Shown here: one piece after another, positions 50,876-64,000 of the stretch
How the letters are laid out: the number at the start of each line of letters is the position of its first letter
How positions within the stretch are numbered: the first letter of the stretch is position 1
NCBI RefSeq assembly: GCF_009914755.1
Contig: NC_060930.1
DNA from: the human T2T-CHM13v2.0 reference genome, Homo sapiens
Direction: 5' to 3' (one strand)
Length of the DNA stretch: 64,000 nt
The notes under the pieces: model-generated
The model's input: only the letters and a program-made list of their open reading frames with translations
Database searches by the model: none
What the model was told of the DNA's origin: nothing
Made by a program: the position numbers and the translations under genes

Positions 50876-51368
50876 GAATCTTAGTTTTGGGACATGAGAG
50901 CATTGACGTCATGAAGATGATTTCGGTTCATAGTGATTAATTACTCCTCCTTTCTTGGTGATTGCATTTAAGCCCAGAATTTTTTATGGTAGTTTCAGGG
51001 CTATTAAAACCTAATCATTTTTTTCTTGTGAACTCATCTGAGGAGATAAAAAGGGCATTAAACAATTGTGTAAGTAGAAGTGTCAGATTCCTGTTTCTGG
51101 AGGGAAAGATTGCATTACAAATCTTTGTGTTAATGATGACAACTGTTTTGAGTTTTTGAGTCAAATTTTTGAGGTCCACTCTGGAGACAAAGGGCTAATA
51201 TCTTTAATCCTACTACCTTCAACAAAACAGCTTCAATATAGGGAGTCTGTACATTTTGAAAGTCCTTCAGGCTTCCGTCTCTCTCCTCCAAGAGGTAAGG
51301 TGATCTGTGTCTTGAACTACACATTTCCTTCCTGACATATTTCAAGCTCTTCCTGTTCCTGTTCTCAG

Positions 51369-51455
51369 CAGCAGGGTGGTGTCACTGCTGTGCAGTTGCA
51401 GACTGAGGCCCAGGTGGCATCCGCCTCAGGCCAGCAAGTCCAGACCCTCCAGGTA
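51369..51455 (+). CDS. NFYA: NFYA exon 3 (alternative cassette, long isoform: QQGGVTAVQLQTEAQVASASGQQVQTLQV)
   Basis: 87 nt, phase 0/0; tandem acceptors and donors make both ends ambiguous in 3-nt steps. Confidence 0.9.
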
Positions 51456-51765
51456 GTGGTACCCTCTCTGATTCTCTGTGAGCACTGCATGAACTTCTCC
51501 TCTCCTCATGTCTGGTGCTGTTTGTGTTAGGATCTCCAGTAGGAATGGCAAAGTCAGTTGCATGTCTTTGATGCTGCTAACTTGTCTTTGAGGCTTATAA
51601 GATGCCAGTTTCCTAATATTTCATGCCAAGTCATATAGAGACCCCGTATCAACTTTCTGAGAATTGGATTTGACTAGCATGTTTCTTTGAGAATGCCTGG
51701 AAAAGAAATGGTATAAGTGACAGGAAGAAATTCTTATAAGTGACATTAGAATTTATTCAGGGCTC

Positions 51766-52076
<311 letters not shown>

Positions 52077-54603
52077 TCACACTCTGATCCAATTAATTGC
52101 ATGGTAAAAATTTTGTGTATTTGTGTTACAATGGAGAAGGAAATATATACATATACAGACACACATAAACTAGGCTAGGCTGTGCTTTATTTTTATTCAA
52201 GGGGCAACTCAACTGAAAAATAATCATTGCACTTGGCAAGGTTTATCTAAGCACTGAATCTTGTTAATCTCTTGTTAACTGCTATTGTTTCCACTACCTT
52301 TCCTGGGGGAATAGTGACCTGTCTTATTACTAGATCTGCAAAGATTACCCCAGATACCTCTTGGTTAGGCAGAAGCAGGATGTGCTTTCTGTAAGTCTTA
52401 GGTGTTAAAGCCACTGTGATAATTCTTGGTTAATCAATACAGTTCTTTAGCATCGTGTATGGCTAAGTATCCTAAATTGGGTTCTAATTTGGCCAGTTCC
52501 TATAAAACACAGGAGTAGCAGCACTAGTCTACTCTGTGTATGTAGGTTACTTTTATTAAAATAACTCTATTTTTGAGAAATTGGCAAGATTTGGGTACCC
52601 TACTTTTTCCCTCCATTGAATTAGAAATGATTCAAAGTAGAATCTAGAATGTAGAACTGGCATCTCACTTTATTGCTAGTGCTGCTAAGCATCCAGCAGA
52701 TAACTACCTCTTATTGTCATCACTTTATCCTTTCAATCCCACCCCTACCCCTGCCACCAATAGTGTTTGGTAATGATGTACAGCCAACTTTGAACATAAA
52801 TTAAGCCGAAAGAAACTGAGCTTGTAGGCATTCCAAAATTGTGTTCAAATCTCACAGTCCAACAGCTTGTTAATGTTTTTCATGCTTGCTTCATCTTACT
52901 CATATATAAAACAGTATTTTGGATTGTCATTAACCCCTTGTGGAATAGGAATGTAACATGCTCTTAACTGTATGGCTTCTTGTTTGATGCATGTGTCTTT
53001 GTAACATTTTTCTGTTGTAAATACAGTGAGCTCTTTGGAGTCTCAAATCATTTATCATGTGCACGAATAGCACATCAATTGGGGAGGAAATTAAGATGAT
53101 GAATAGATAGAAAATTATTAATAGCTGTATCTTAAAACTTGTGTTTCCTACTTACATAGATTTTATTTAAAAGAAGTGGAAACACTTTATGGAAATAATA
53201 GAAACCTTTCCTCTAGGGATCTGATTATTTTGGGAGAATTTTAAATAGTTATTTTGGTTATTCTTGCTATATGTATTCTGAGAAATCTTTCTTGATACAG
53301 AATATGCAAGCATTTGGTGTAGCAAAGGGGATTTGATTTGGAATGGGGAAATAAGGGAAAGAGATAGCATGAGAGAGTCAGGCTGTAAAGTCCTTAAAAA
53401 AGTAAAGTAAAGGTTCTCAATGGACAGTTTAACAAAACTTAGGATTTCAATGTTCCTGGTGATTCTAATACATTAGTGGTGGTGGCAGTGGCGGCGGTGG
53501 TGGTGGTGATTGTAGGAGGACCTTACTATCTAACCTACTCATCTAGGACAGAATGATCTGTTAACTAATTGCTGTTACTTGCACATACTTTCATTAAGTG
53601 TGAATATTTCAGTCATGAATATTCTGTTCTAAGTAATTTCTGTCAAAGATAGAGTCTGAAAATGAAAATTTTGGACTATTCCATGGATCATTACAGTTTA
53701 CTTCTAAAGCACTTTTAAAGTGCTTCCAGAAAGCATTCTATTAGGTATTTTTGTATTGGGACTTAAGATGTGACAGAGCACTTGTAGTGACCTGGCTCCT
53801 ACAGTAGTCTGTTTACTCATAGGAGCTTGAAATTTGTACACTTGACTGCTCTGTGTAATTTCAATATTTGTTGTTGCTTCTGATAAAGCTAAAATAACCA
53901 TGTGGATATTATAGAGGCCAGTGAGGAATTCCACCATGGAGACTGCAAACTGACCAGAAAGTGCTTTTAAGAAATCTTTAGTAGTGAGTTTAAACAACAA
54001 ACATATCTAGAATTCACAGAGTAAAATGAGCAGGATAAAGGTATACATTTGACATTTCATTTTAGCTTGAGAGACTGTAGGGAAAAAAGGGTCATCCTCT
54101 ACATAAGCTTCCAGAGCTGCTTGCTACCCAGCCTCCTAGAGTCATTGCTGGGTACAGTTTGATTTACCTTCTTCACTTTATTTAGAATTTGTACTCAACC
54201 ACCATCACCACCATCACCTTTCCCTCTCATTGCCTTCTCTCCAGCCTTCACTACAGACCATTCCTGGATTGGTTTAAACAGGCAACTAACCTTGCCATTA
54301 TGATTAAATGTTTGTCATGGATTTAGCCCGTGTTTGGTGACAAATGCCTTATATCTATTGAGACTTCTCAAAGACTCTGGATATTCTCCATTATGTCTGA
54401 CCTTAAAGTATTGAGCTTGGCATTTAGTAACAGGATTCATAGATATTTAAAGATAACTTGAGGACTTGAGACATATATTTTCTTAGTCTTTTCTACCTTT
54501 TCCTTTTCTAGCAAGGCAGCAGAATAGTTCCAGTGATTGTCTTTTGGTAAAAACCATTTTGTGTCTTATGTTATTTCATTGTTCTTATTTTATTTCATTC
54601 TAG

Positions 54604-54750
54604 GTCCAAGGGCAGCCATTAATGGTGCAGGTCAGTGGAGGCCAGCTAATCACATCAACTGGCCAACCCATCATGGTCCAGGCTGTCCCTGGTGGACAAG
54701 GTCAAACCATCATGCAAGTACCTGTTTCTGGAACACAGGGTTTGCAGCAA
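54604..54750 (+). CDS. NFYA: NFYA exon 4 (VQGQPLMVQVSGG...GTQGLQQ)
   Basis: ttctag| and |gtgagt; 147 nt; Q-rich activation domain. Confidence 0.95.
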
Positions 54751-55238
54751 GTGAGTAATATTTAAAAATATTGAGCAGTATATCAGAGGAGAGGTTTCAA
54801 AGAATAGATTATTACAACCTGTTTGATAATTGATATTGCATTTAACTGCTTCCTAACCCACATTTTGCATTCAGTTGATTTTCTGCCTTTATAGTACCAG
54901 TGATATAAACTAGAACTATGCAGAAATTGGACAGCTCCAGTAATGACTAAGATATTAGGCATGATCTTGAATTGCTGTAAAGTATATGAAGAGGTTAGAA
55001 TCTAGTTTATAGTATATTTTATTTTAAAAGAAACAAAAATGAGTATTTAGAAAGTTAGAAAAATAACAAAACGAGCAAAAAGTGGGTCCAAATTAATTAA
55101 GTAGAAAACTGACGTATAGAAAGGATAAATAAAATCTAGATTGTTTAAGCAGACCAATAAAACAGGTAAATCCAGTTGAAACACTGATTGAGAAACAGAA
55201 AACAAAAGTAAGCAAAGATGTAGAAGAGATTAAAGGAA

Positions 55239-55527
55239 GGCCAGGCGCAGTGGCTCATGCCTGTGATCCCAGCACTTGGGGAGGCCAAGGCAGGTGGATC
55301 ACTTGAGGCCAGGAGTTCAAGACCAGCCTGGCCAACATGACAAAACCCCATCTCTACTAAAAATAAAAAATTAGCCGGGCGTGGTGGCACGCACCTGTAA
55401 TCCCAGCTACTTGGGGGGTTGAGGCATAAGATATCTTGAACCCAGGAGGCGGAGGTTGCAGTAAGCCAAGATTGTGCCACTGCACTCCAGGCTGGGCACC
55501 AGAGCAAGATTCTGTCTCAAAAAAAAA
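55239..55527 (+). mobile_element. Alu (AluS-like) inside old L1 remnant sequence
   Basis: Full dimer; flanking AGAAGAGATTAA direct repeat. Confidence 0.9.
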
Positions 55528-58500
55528 GAAGAGATTAACAGAAATATGTAGAAATGTTACATACAACTCTGTGGCATCATATTTTAAAATTAGATATTTC
55601 TCATCGAGATGGCAAAAAAAAACAAAAAGTCATTATATCCACTGTTAGGATGGATGTGGAGAAAAAGAATTAATCATTATTTTTGGTAATTTAAAACTGT
55701 AGAGTTATTTTGGAAAGGCACCTCACTATCTGTTAAATACAATGAATATTTGAGCTAGCAGTCCCACTTCTGAGAATCTGTCCTATAGGAAGAAAAGCAT
55801 CAATAGTAGGGGGAAATTACAAAGACACTTTTCATAGCATTGTACTAGCAAAAAATAAAATTGCAATCTGAGTGTCCATTAATAAGAATAAGGAAATGGT
55901 TGGAATAAATCATAATATATTCATAGGGAATATTGCATCATCATTAAAAGAAATGAACTGTTGACTTGGGGTGGGTTAATATTGAAATATTTTTAGTGGA
56001 AATAATTTGCAGAGAAATAGTGTGTGATCTCATCTTTGTAATTCATAACCAACCCCCCATGAGTATATGTTTATAGTCATGGAAAAGAGAGTATGAGATA
56101 ACTATTAGTTACTCTATCTAAATGTTTATATTGTTTCAACAGTTACAGCAGTCATATTAATGTCTTAGTTTTCTGGAGGAATTTAAGTTGAAAAAAGCAG
56201 CCATGATCCCACTGCTCATAAATCAAACTTGTACTTTTTGTGTATTCTTTTGTGTTTTTATGCATAATTTTTGGGCATAATTGTACCATGCATGTGGGGT
56301 TGTGTTTTCATTTTTTTTTTTTAATTCTTTCATAATGTTCAGTCAACTTGATGAATCAGAATTTCTAATTTATAAAATATAGTTAAGGATTTTGGTTTTC
56401 ATTTGCCTTTGTAGGTAAACATTTGGGCACGATAGTTTTATTTTTCAACTGAATTCTCAGGATAATTTCTTTGGATTGGGGATTGCTTGGGTAAAGGGTA
56501 AGAGTATATTTGAGCCCACTGGCATATTTTTGCCAAGATAGAATTGTACTTGGGATTAAAAATAGTTTTCACATTTCTCTTTGCATAAATATATGAGGCT
56601 TTAAATATCTTTTCAGCATGTGCTTTCCTTGATTCCCTATTGCTATATCCTTTCTGTTCTTCTCTCTTTGCTTCCTCTCCAGTCCCCCTTGCTGCGCCTT
56701 CTCCACTGTTGAGTAGAGACAATGTGGTATAGTTAGGAACAGTATACTGTGAGTGTAGTGGTCCAAGCTTTCATTACCAGGTCTGCCATTAAATAAGCAT
56801 TCTGATCTTGGCCAAGTTATTTAATTGTCGGTTTGCTCATCCAAAAATAAAATTTATATGAGATGATATCTAGGGTTCATTCTAGCTCTAAATTCTGTGA
56901 TTTTTATGGGGTTTTATTTTGCTATAAGGAACCTTCAAATAGTTATTTCCCTGCTTCCAAGTAGGGCTATAACTAACCAAGCTGAAAAAAATATATTCTG
57001 TTACGTAAATAAAGCTCTCTAGGTGAGATTCCATAGCCTCCCTTACAATACTTAAGGCTTTAATCCCCTTTGTATAGGAGTTTTTTTTCTCATTAGTGTT
57101 GAGTAGCCATTTTTTAAAGAAGACTACTTCTTAACCTTTTTTGAATTGTATTCTCTATTTTAGAATCCTAGTAAAGCTTGCACCCTCTAAGAAAAAGTAG
57201 AGATGTCCAGTCTCATGAAAAATTCTGCATATAATTTTAGATTAAAATCCTTGGCCTGAGAAAGATACTGGAACCAGAGAGACAGCCAAGAAATAGATAG
57301 AAGAATATTGGAAGTTGGCATATAATAAAAGTGGTATAAACATATCAATGAAGAAATGGCTGAAGAATGATACAGAAAAGAAACTGATTTCTAATTCATA
57401 CTGTATTTTAAAAAATATTTGCTAGGTGGATTAAAGATCTAAATGTAGAAAAGTAAACTTGGAAAATTCAAAAGAAAATATAAGAATTTTTATGCTATAG
57501 AGAAGGATATTTTTAAAAACAAATTGACTAAAACATAATATGCATTGAAATACATCAAATAAAAGTAAACAAGGTGAAAACTTGGAAAAGATATTTTTAA
57601 TACATACAACCGAGTTTGTATTCAGAATATGTATAAATAACGTTTATGTATTTATACAAAAATAGGAAAATGGGCGAAGAATATGAATAGATGGAAGAGG
57701 AAATCCTAACAGCCAATATAAACTTAGAAATGAAGTTGGTTCACATAACCAGATAAATTTGTTTACTTATTTATTTGCCAATACTTTCTGAATGCCAATT
57801 ATGAGCTGAGTATTTGGAAAAAATAATTCAGAAGACCTAGGCAATCTATCCCCTAACAAAGTAGGATCCATGAATGTCTCTAAGACATGGAACCCATTGA
57901 CCTGTTTTTTTCACCTTCCTTCCATCAGTAGTCCTTTTTCCTATCAGCTGGTAGACTTTGTGATAACTTAAGGTTCTAGGCATGTTCTTCTTTCCAGACC
58001 AAGGTGGTCCCAAGTTGAAATTATGGATGGAAAGTGACCTGGCTATAAAAATCTATCTTTCTGAAAGTATCCTCCTTCCAGACTGCCATCTATGTTGAAG
58101 CAATGCTCAAATAAAAAAAGTTTGTTGATGGAATTAATGGTCAAAGAAGCAAAGAGAAGGTTACTTAGTACTAGCCATGTATTCTGGCTTTTAAGTTTGG
58201 GAGGTATTCTTGAATATAAAATACAAGACATTTTGAGCTATGGGGCTCTCCTCACTGCTTTCTCTTTTGCACTTAAAAAAAAAAGTGTTCACTAGTTATA
58301 TGAAAATAGGATTTTGTACACCCAACATTTAAAGGGTTGTATTGCAGTTTTTTAGTTCCAAAATTTAGAGAAATATTTTTCAAGCTTCTTGTCAGGTTTC
58401 TGATAACACTCCTAATAAAGTGGCTATAGCCATTAAAAAAAAGAAAGAAGATAGATTTGGATAGCACACGATCCCTTGCTTTCCATAATTGCTTTATAAG

Positions 58501-58695
58501 GTTTAGCTATCCAATCCTAGGACCAAATAGGAGATACAAATTAAATCAACAAAAATTTGACAAACATTAATGACAGTAGTGAGTATTGGTAATTGGAAAC
58601 TAATAGGAGGAATATAATCTGTCACATTGCCTTAATTATCTATTACCATATAACAAATTATCCTAGAAGTTAGCAGCTTAAAACAACAAACATTT

Positions 58696-59436
<741 letters not shown>

Positions 59437-59539
59437 TTTCAGCATTTTTAATATATATAGTATTTCCTCTGTAAAAAAGTACTTCATCATTCACCAAAAT
59501 GGCAAGATTAAAAAATAATAATAAAGCACTTTAGAGTGT

Positions 59540-59841
59540 ATTTTATTTTTTTATTTTTTTGAGACGGAATCTCGCTCTGTCGCCCAGGCTGGAGTGCAGT
59601 GGCGTGATCTCGGCTCACTGCAACCTCCGCCTCCGGTTCAAGTGATTTTCCGGCCTCAGTCTCCCAAGTAGCTGGGATTACAGGCATGCACCACCATGCC
59701 CGGCTAATCTTTGTATTTTTAGTAGAGACAGGGTTTCATCATGTTGGCCAGGCTGGTCTCGAACTCCTGACCTCAAGTGATCCACCCACCTCGGCCTTCC
59801 AAAGTGCAAGGATTACAGGCGTGAGCCACCACACCCAGCCC
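59540..59841 (-). mobile_element. Alu (AluS-like)
   Basis: Reverse Alu; TSD AGAGTGTATTTTA. Confidence 0.92.
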
Positions 59842-60135
59842 AGAGTGTATTTTAAATATGCATGCTTTTCAATATATATAATCATACCACTGCTATCTTT
59901 CATAAAAACCGACATTGATTTGTTAATATCAGGTATCCAGACAGTGTCGAAATTCCCTATTTGTTTCATAAATGGAAAATAAGTTGTGTCTACTTCATAA
60001 TGGAGGGCAGAGCAGGACTTCTTTTTTCCTCTTCAGAACATTTTCTGCTTTCTAGAGAAATGTGGATAACTCTCGGGGACCAAAGGAGACCAGTGTCAGT
60101 AGAGTACAATCCTTTTTTTATGTTCTTTTCTGCAG

Positions 60136-60267
60136 ATACAGTTGGTCCCACCTGGACAGATCCAGATCCAGGGTGGACAGGCTGTGCAGGTGCAGGGCCA
60201 GCAGGGCCAGACCCAGCAGATCATCATCCAGCAGCCCCAGACGGCTGTCACTGCTGGCCAGACTCAG
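60136..60267 (+). CDS. NFYA: NFYA exon 5 (IQLVPPGQIQIQGG...TAGQTQ)
   Basis: ctgcag| and |gtaatt; 132 nt; ORF 60142..60327. Confidence 0.95.
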
Positions 60268-60394
60268 GTAATTCCACTAGCTCTGTCACACAGGAGCAAA
60301 ACTGATTTGGAAGAGTCAGATAACTGAGTCAGATATTTCATGTATAGCATGTATAGTAGAAAAGGGGATGAAAACCATAAAAAAATATATTTTT

Positions 60395-60678
60395 GGCCGG
60401 GCGCGGTGGCTCATGCCTGTAATCCCAGCACTTTGAGAGGCCGAGGCAAGCTGATCACAAGGTCAAGAGATCAAGAACATCCTGGCCAACATGGTGAAGC
60501 CCCGTCAAAATACAAAAATTAGGTGGGCATGGTGGCGCATGCCTGTAATCCCAGCTACTCGGGAGGCTGAGGCAGAGAATCGCTTGAACCCAGGAGGCGG
60601 AGGTTGCAGTGAGCTGAGATTGCGCCACTGCACTGCACTCCAGCCTGGCGACAGAGTGAGACTCTGTCTCAAAAAAAT
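60395..60678 (+). mobile_element. Alu (AluSc-like)
   Basis: Alu consensus filling most of NFYA intron 5. Confidence 0.9.
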
Positions 60679-60760
60679 AATTTTTTTTTTTAAGGACTAC
60701 ATCGTTCTTTGTTAGTATCTTTGGGATCTGTTGAATTGTGTCATTACTTATTTCCTCCAG

Positions 60761-60866
60761 ACACAGCAGCAGATTGCTGTCCAGGGACAGCAAGTGGCAC
60801 AGACTGCTGAAGGGCAGACCATCGTCTATCAACCAGTTAATGCAGATGGCACCATTCTCCAGCAAG
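60761..60866 (+). CDS. NFYA: NFYA exon 6 (TQQQIAVQGQQVAQTAEGQTIVYQPVNADGTILQQ)
   Basis: ctccag| and |gtaagt; 106 nt. Confidence 0.95.
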
Positions 60867-62084
60867 GTAAGTGTACCCATAAGCTTCCCTAGGACTTTTT
60901 GGGGCAACTTTTTTGTCCCTTAGACAACTGACATCTTTAGAATTTGAGTGGTGAACTTGACACTACATATTTTTTGGACAAAAAAAAAAAAGATTTCCTC
61001 TAGCTCTCCATTGATTGTTGGTTTCTTGTCACCATCTGTGACCAACAGTGATTCCATGTGTAGCAGTTTCTATAGTGGTTGCTAATCTAGGGATTGTGTA
61101 AGCTTTTAGGGAAGAAGTGTTTCTAAACAGAAGAATAGAAATAGGGAGTTCATTGGTAAAGAGAGAAATAGATCAAAAATCAAGTTGGCTTTAGAGTGCT
61201 ATTGCTGCTTATGTTTTTTTCTGGGTCATTCCATTACTTTAAATGACTATTATGTATACAGCACTTTTACTAAGAAGGGTCCTCAAAGAGCCTCTAGTCT
61301 AGTAAGAAAGACGTGAACAAATAAATACAATGCAGGGCCCTCATGGAAGTATGTTCTAGGAATAGATAACATAAATAATAGATGTTTGGTCTGGGAGGAG
61401 GAGTGCAGAAACTGAACTTGAAGGCTTTTGGAAGCACCTGTTAGTCAAATAGTTAAATCAAAAAAGGACATCTTTGTTAGATTCCATGACTTTGTGATTG
61501 CAAATTTGCAATATACAGGATCCAGAGAGTGCACTAACTGTGTGCTCTTGTATTACTCCAGGGAGGCCCTGAACTGGATTGAGCCCAGGCAAGAGCTCAA
61601 ACAGAATGGTGAACAAATCCTCAAGTGCTGCTATTGATAGTCTGGGGACTTGGAATGCTTGGTTTAATTTTAAGTTTTAATACTACAACTGACTCATTGT
61701 CAGTTTGAGATAAACAAAGTATAAGTTTTAAAATCTCTGTCCTGAAGCAGATTGCTCATTATGTACAAGAGCAGTAGGTATAGCTGTAGTCAGACTGACC
61801 TGTAGAAGAGGAGGCCTCCAAACCTTTTCACCTTTTGAAAACTGCTAAGGATAGAGTTACTCAAAACTGGGACCTAGACAGTTAATAGAATTTCAAAGAT
61901 TGTGATTACTTAGATTATATATAGCACACCACAGTGGGAGAGTACTTTTTCTCCCCTTGTGTTTTTCAGTGTGTTTTGCCAGGATCGGTGAGTGTATACC
62001 AGATAGAAGAGGGACTAACTATGTTCCCTTCTTTCTGTTCTGTGTGCCTGTTTTTTGTTTGTTTTATGTTTTGTTTTCTTAAAG

Positions 62085-62251
62085 TTACAGTCCCTGTTTC
62101 AGGCATGATCACTATCCCAGCAGCCAGTTTGGCAGGAGCACAGATTGTTCAAACAGGAGCCAATACCAACACAACCAGCAGTGGGCAAGGGACTGTCACT
62201 GTGACACTACCAGTGGCAGGCAATGTGGTCAATTCAGGAGGGATGGTCATG
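62085..62251 (+). CDS. NFYA: NFYA exon 7 (VTVPVSGMITIPAASLAGAQ...SGGMVM)
   Basis: ttaaag| acceptor, with in-frame alternative starts at 62091 and 62103; |gtaaga donor. Confidence 0.93.
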
Positions 62252-62802
62252 GTAAGAAAATGTATTTTTCAGCTTTGTCTTTGAAATTTTCTTGAACATG
62301 CAACTTGATGCCTCCTAAAATTTATTATGTTGACCTCTTGGGATTGAGATCGATCCTTAAGGCACTGTCGGTAATCTACTTTGACAATAACATTATGACA
62401 AACCATAATTCATTCTGAGCACCTACTATGTGCCAGGGACTATTCACCAGGGACTATTCTAGATGCTGGAGATAAAGCAATGGATAAATAGTGATTTTAT
62501 GGAATTCTTTTCAGAATTCAAATAACGAAGGGAATTATATACTAATCTTTGAGAAGTGGAAAGTAGTATTGCCCATGATGGACAAAATAAGAAATAAGCT
62601 AAAAATTAGAAAGATTGTAATTGATAGAGAAACCAAAAAAAAAGTGTCATGTAAATGTATTGGGAAGATAGGAAGATTTGGGTGGTGTAACTGAAAGCTA
62701 AATCCTCATATGTCAAAATAGGATGTTAAAATGCATAAATTAAGAATGAGTAACAGAAGTCTGCACAGAGGTGGAGGAAGCTATGAAAAGAAACAGAACC
62801 AA

Positions 62803-62942
62803 CCCTGGCTCAGTGGCATGCACCTGTAGTCCTAGCTACTTGGGAGGCTAATCCAGGAGGATGGCTTAAGTCCAGGAGTTTGAGCTCAGCCTGGGCAATG
62901 TAGAGAGACCTCGTTTCTACGAATTGAATGAAAAATAAATAA
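62803..62942 (+). mobile_element. FLAM-like Alu monomer
   Basis: CACCTGTAGTCCTAGCTACTTGGGAGGCT...GGAGTTTGAG...CAGCCTGGGCAA. Confidence 0.75.
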
Positions 62943-63468
62943 TTTTTATAAAAGATTCAATACAGTTATTCAAAGCGGTTGTATTTGGGAAAGAGCTGTG
63001 GGGTACAGGACTCTGTTACTTGTTTTTACCTACATTTAGTACAGTGTTTTGGTGTTTTTTAAGAAAAATTAGGATTGAATTATAAGTTAACTATTATTTT
63101 TATAAATATAGGCATTTAGTAGCACTTGGTCTATCTATTTTTGTGCTGTTTTTTTGTCTTATGACTACTGTTCCTGACCATTAGATGGCAGCAGAAATAT
63201 CTAGAGCCATGGGTGGACATGAATTAGGGCATGGTTATATAGTTTCTCAGAGTGGCACCTGAATCTCCTATGACACAGTCATCTGGGGTGTTTGTTTAAA
63301 GTGCAGATCTTTAGTATAAATTTCTCCAGGGATCCGCATTTACCCAAGTACCCTATAAAAATTACTTTTTGTGGCATTTACAAAAAAAATGGATGAAGAG
63401 GAACCAAGAAACTGTTTCTATGTCCATACTTCATGCCACCAATAAGCTCTGGTTTCCTGTTCACACAG

Positions 63469-63642
63469 ATGGTTCCTGGGGCTGGCTCTGTGCCTGCTAT
63501 CCAAAGAATCCCTCTACCTGGAGCAGAGATGCTTGAAGAAGAGCCTCTCTACGTGAATGCCAAACAATACCACCGTATTCTTAAGAGGAGGCAAGCCCGA
63601 GCTAAACTAGAGGCAGAAGGGAAAATTCCAAAGGAGAGAAGG
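63469..63642 (+). CDS. NFYA: NFYA exon 8 (MVPGAG...EEPLYVNAKQYHRILKRRQARAKLEAEGKIPKERR; HAP2 subunit-association helix); gene continues off the right edge
   Basis: Conserved YVNAKQYHRILKRR motif; cacag| and |gtatgt. Confidence 0.96.
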
Positions 63643-64000
63643 GTATGTATAACATTGGGAAGGATATAGGAAAGGAGAATAGCAGGGTTCTACTTTTGAA
63701 ATTATCTTTTATATGGCTTGTTTTCTCACGTACCTTCCAAACAATTGACGTTAGATACTTGTTGTCTCTTTTGTAAGAGTTAGCATTTGTTATTACTAAT
63801 ATGCAGCTGCAGTTATAATAACGAAAACAAACAGTGGCTTAAATAAGATGTTATTCCTTTTCATACATAAAAGTAGTCCAGAGATAAATTATCCTGGACT
63901 GGTAGCACATTTTCACAGTTCTCAAGACCTGTTTCACTGCTTTAATATTGCTAGTGTGCTGTTCATGGTCCAAGATTCCTGCTTAGGCTCCAGCCTAGGA

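Noticed and set aside
53477-53510. (GGT/GGC)n tract resembling the NFYA exon 1 GGC run
   Set aside because: Low-complexity similarity only

Overview
Primate genomic DNA (Alu-rich), recognisable from the encoded proteins as the human 6p21.1 locus. It holds five spliced genes. UNC5CL (-): seven coding exons at 952-5638 plus a candidate non-coding first exon near 9726-9800; the last exon is off the left edge. TSPO2 (+): complete 170-aa CDS at 13550-14701. APOBEC2 (+): complete 224-aa CDS at 23912-32426 plus a 3'UTR exon. OARD1/TARG1 (-): complete 152-aa CDS at 37892-42191 with a GC-AG last intron. NFYA (+): exons 1-8, running off the right edge. OARD1 and NFYA share a CpG-island bidirectional promoter; APOBEC2 and OARD1 lie tail-to-tail. 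Exon boundaries were placed by hand from splice signals and checked for frame continuity. The most unusual structure is an ~130-bp, ~87%-identical inverted copy of the putative UNC5CL core promoter, 1.3 kb upstream and pointing at TSPO2. Also notable: a triplicated ~125-bp PU.1-site/(CA)n unit in APOBEC2 intron 1, a sense-oriented LTR with a perfect heat-shock element ahead of the first UNC5CL coding exon, a periodic NRF1/KLF module in the OARD1-NFYA promoter, and tandem splice sites around NFYA exon 3. I found no CRISPR arrays, tRNA/rRNA genes or novel protein-coding system. Repeat subfamily names are from memory and need RepeatMasker confirmation.
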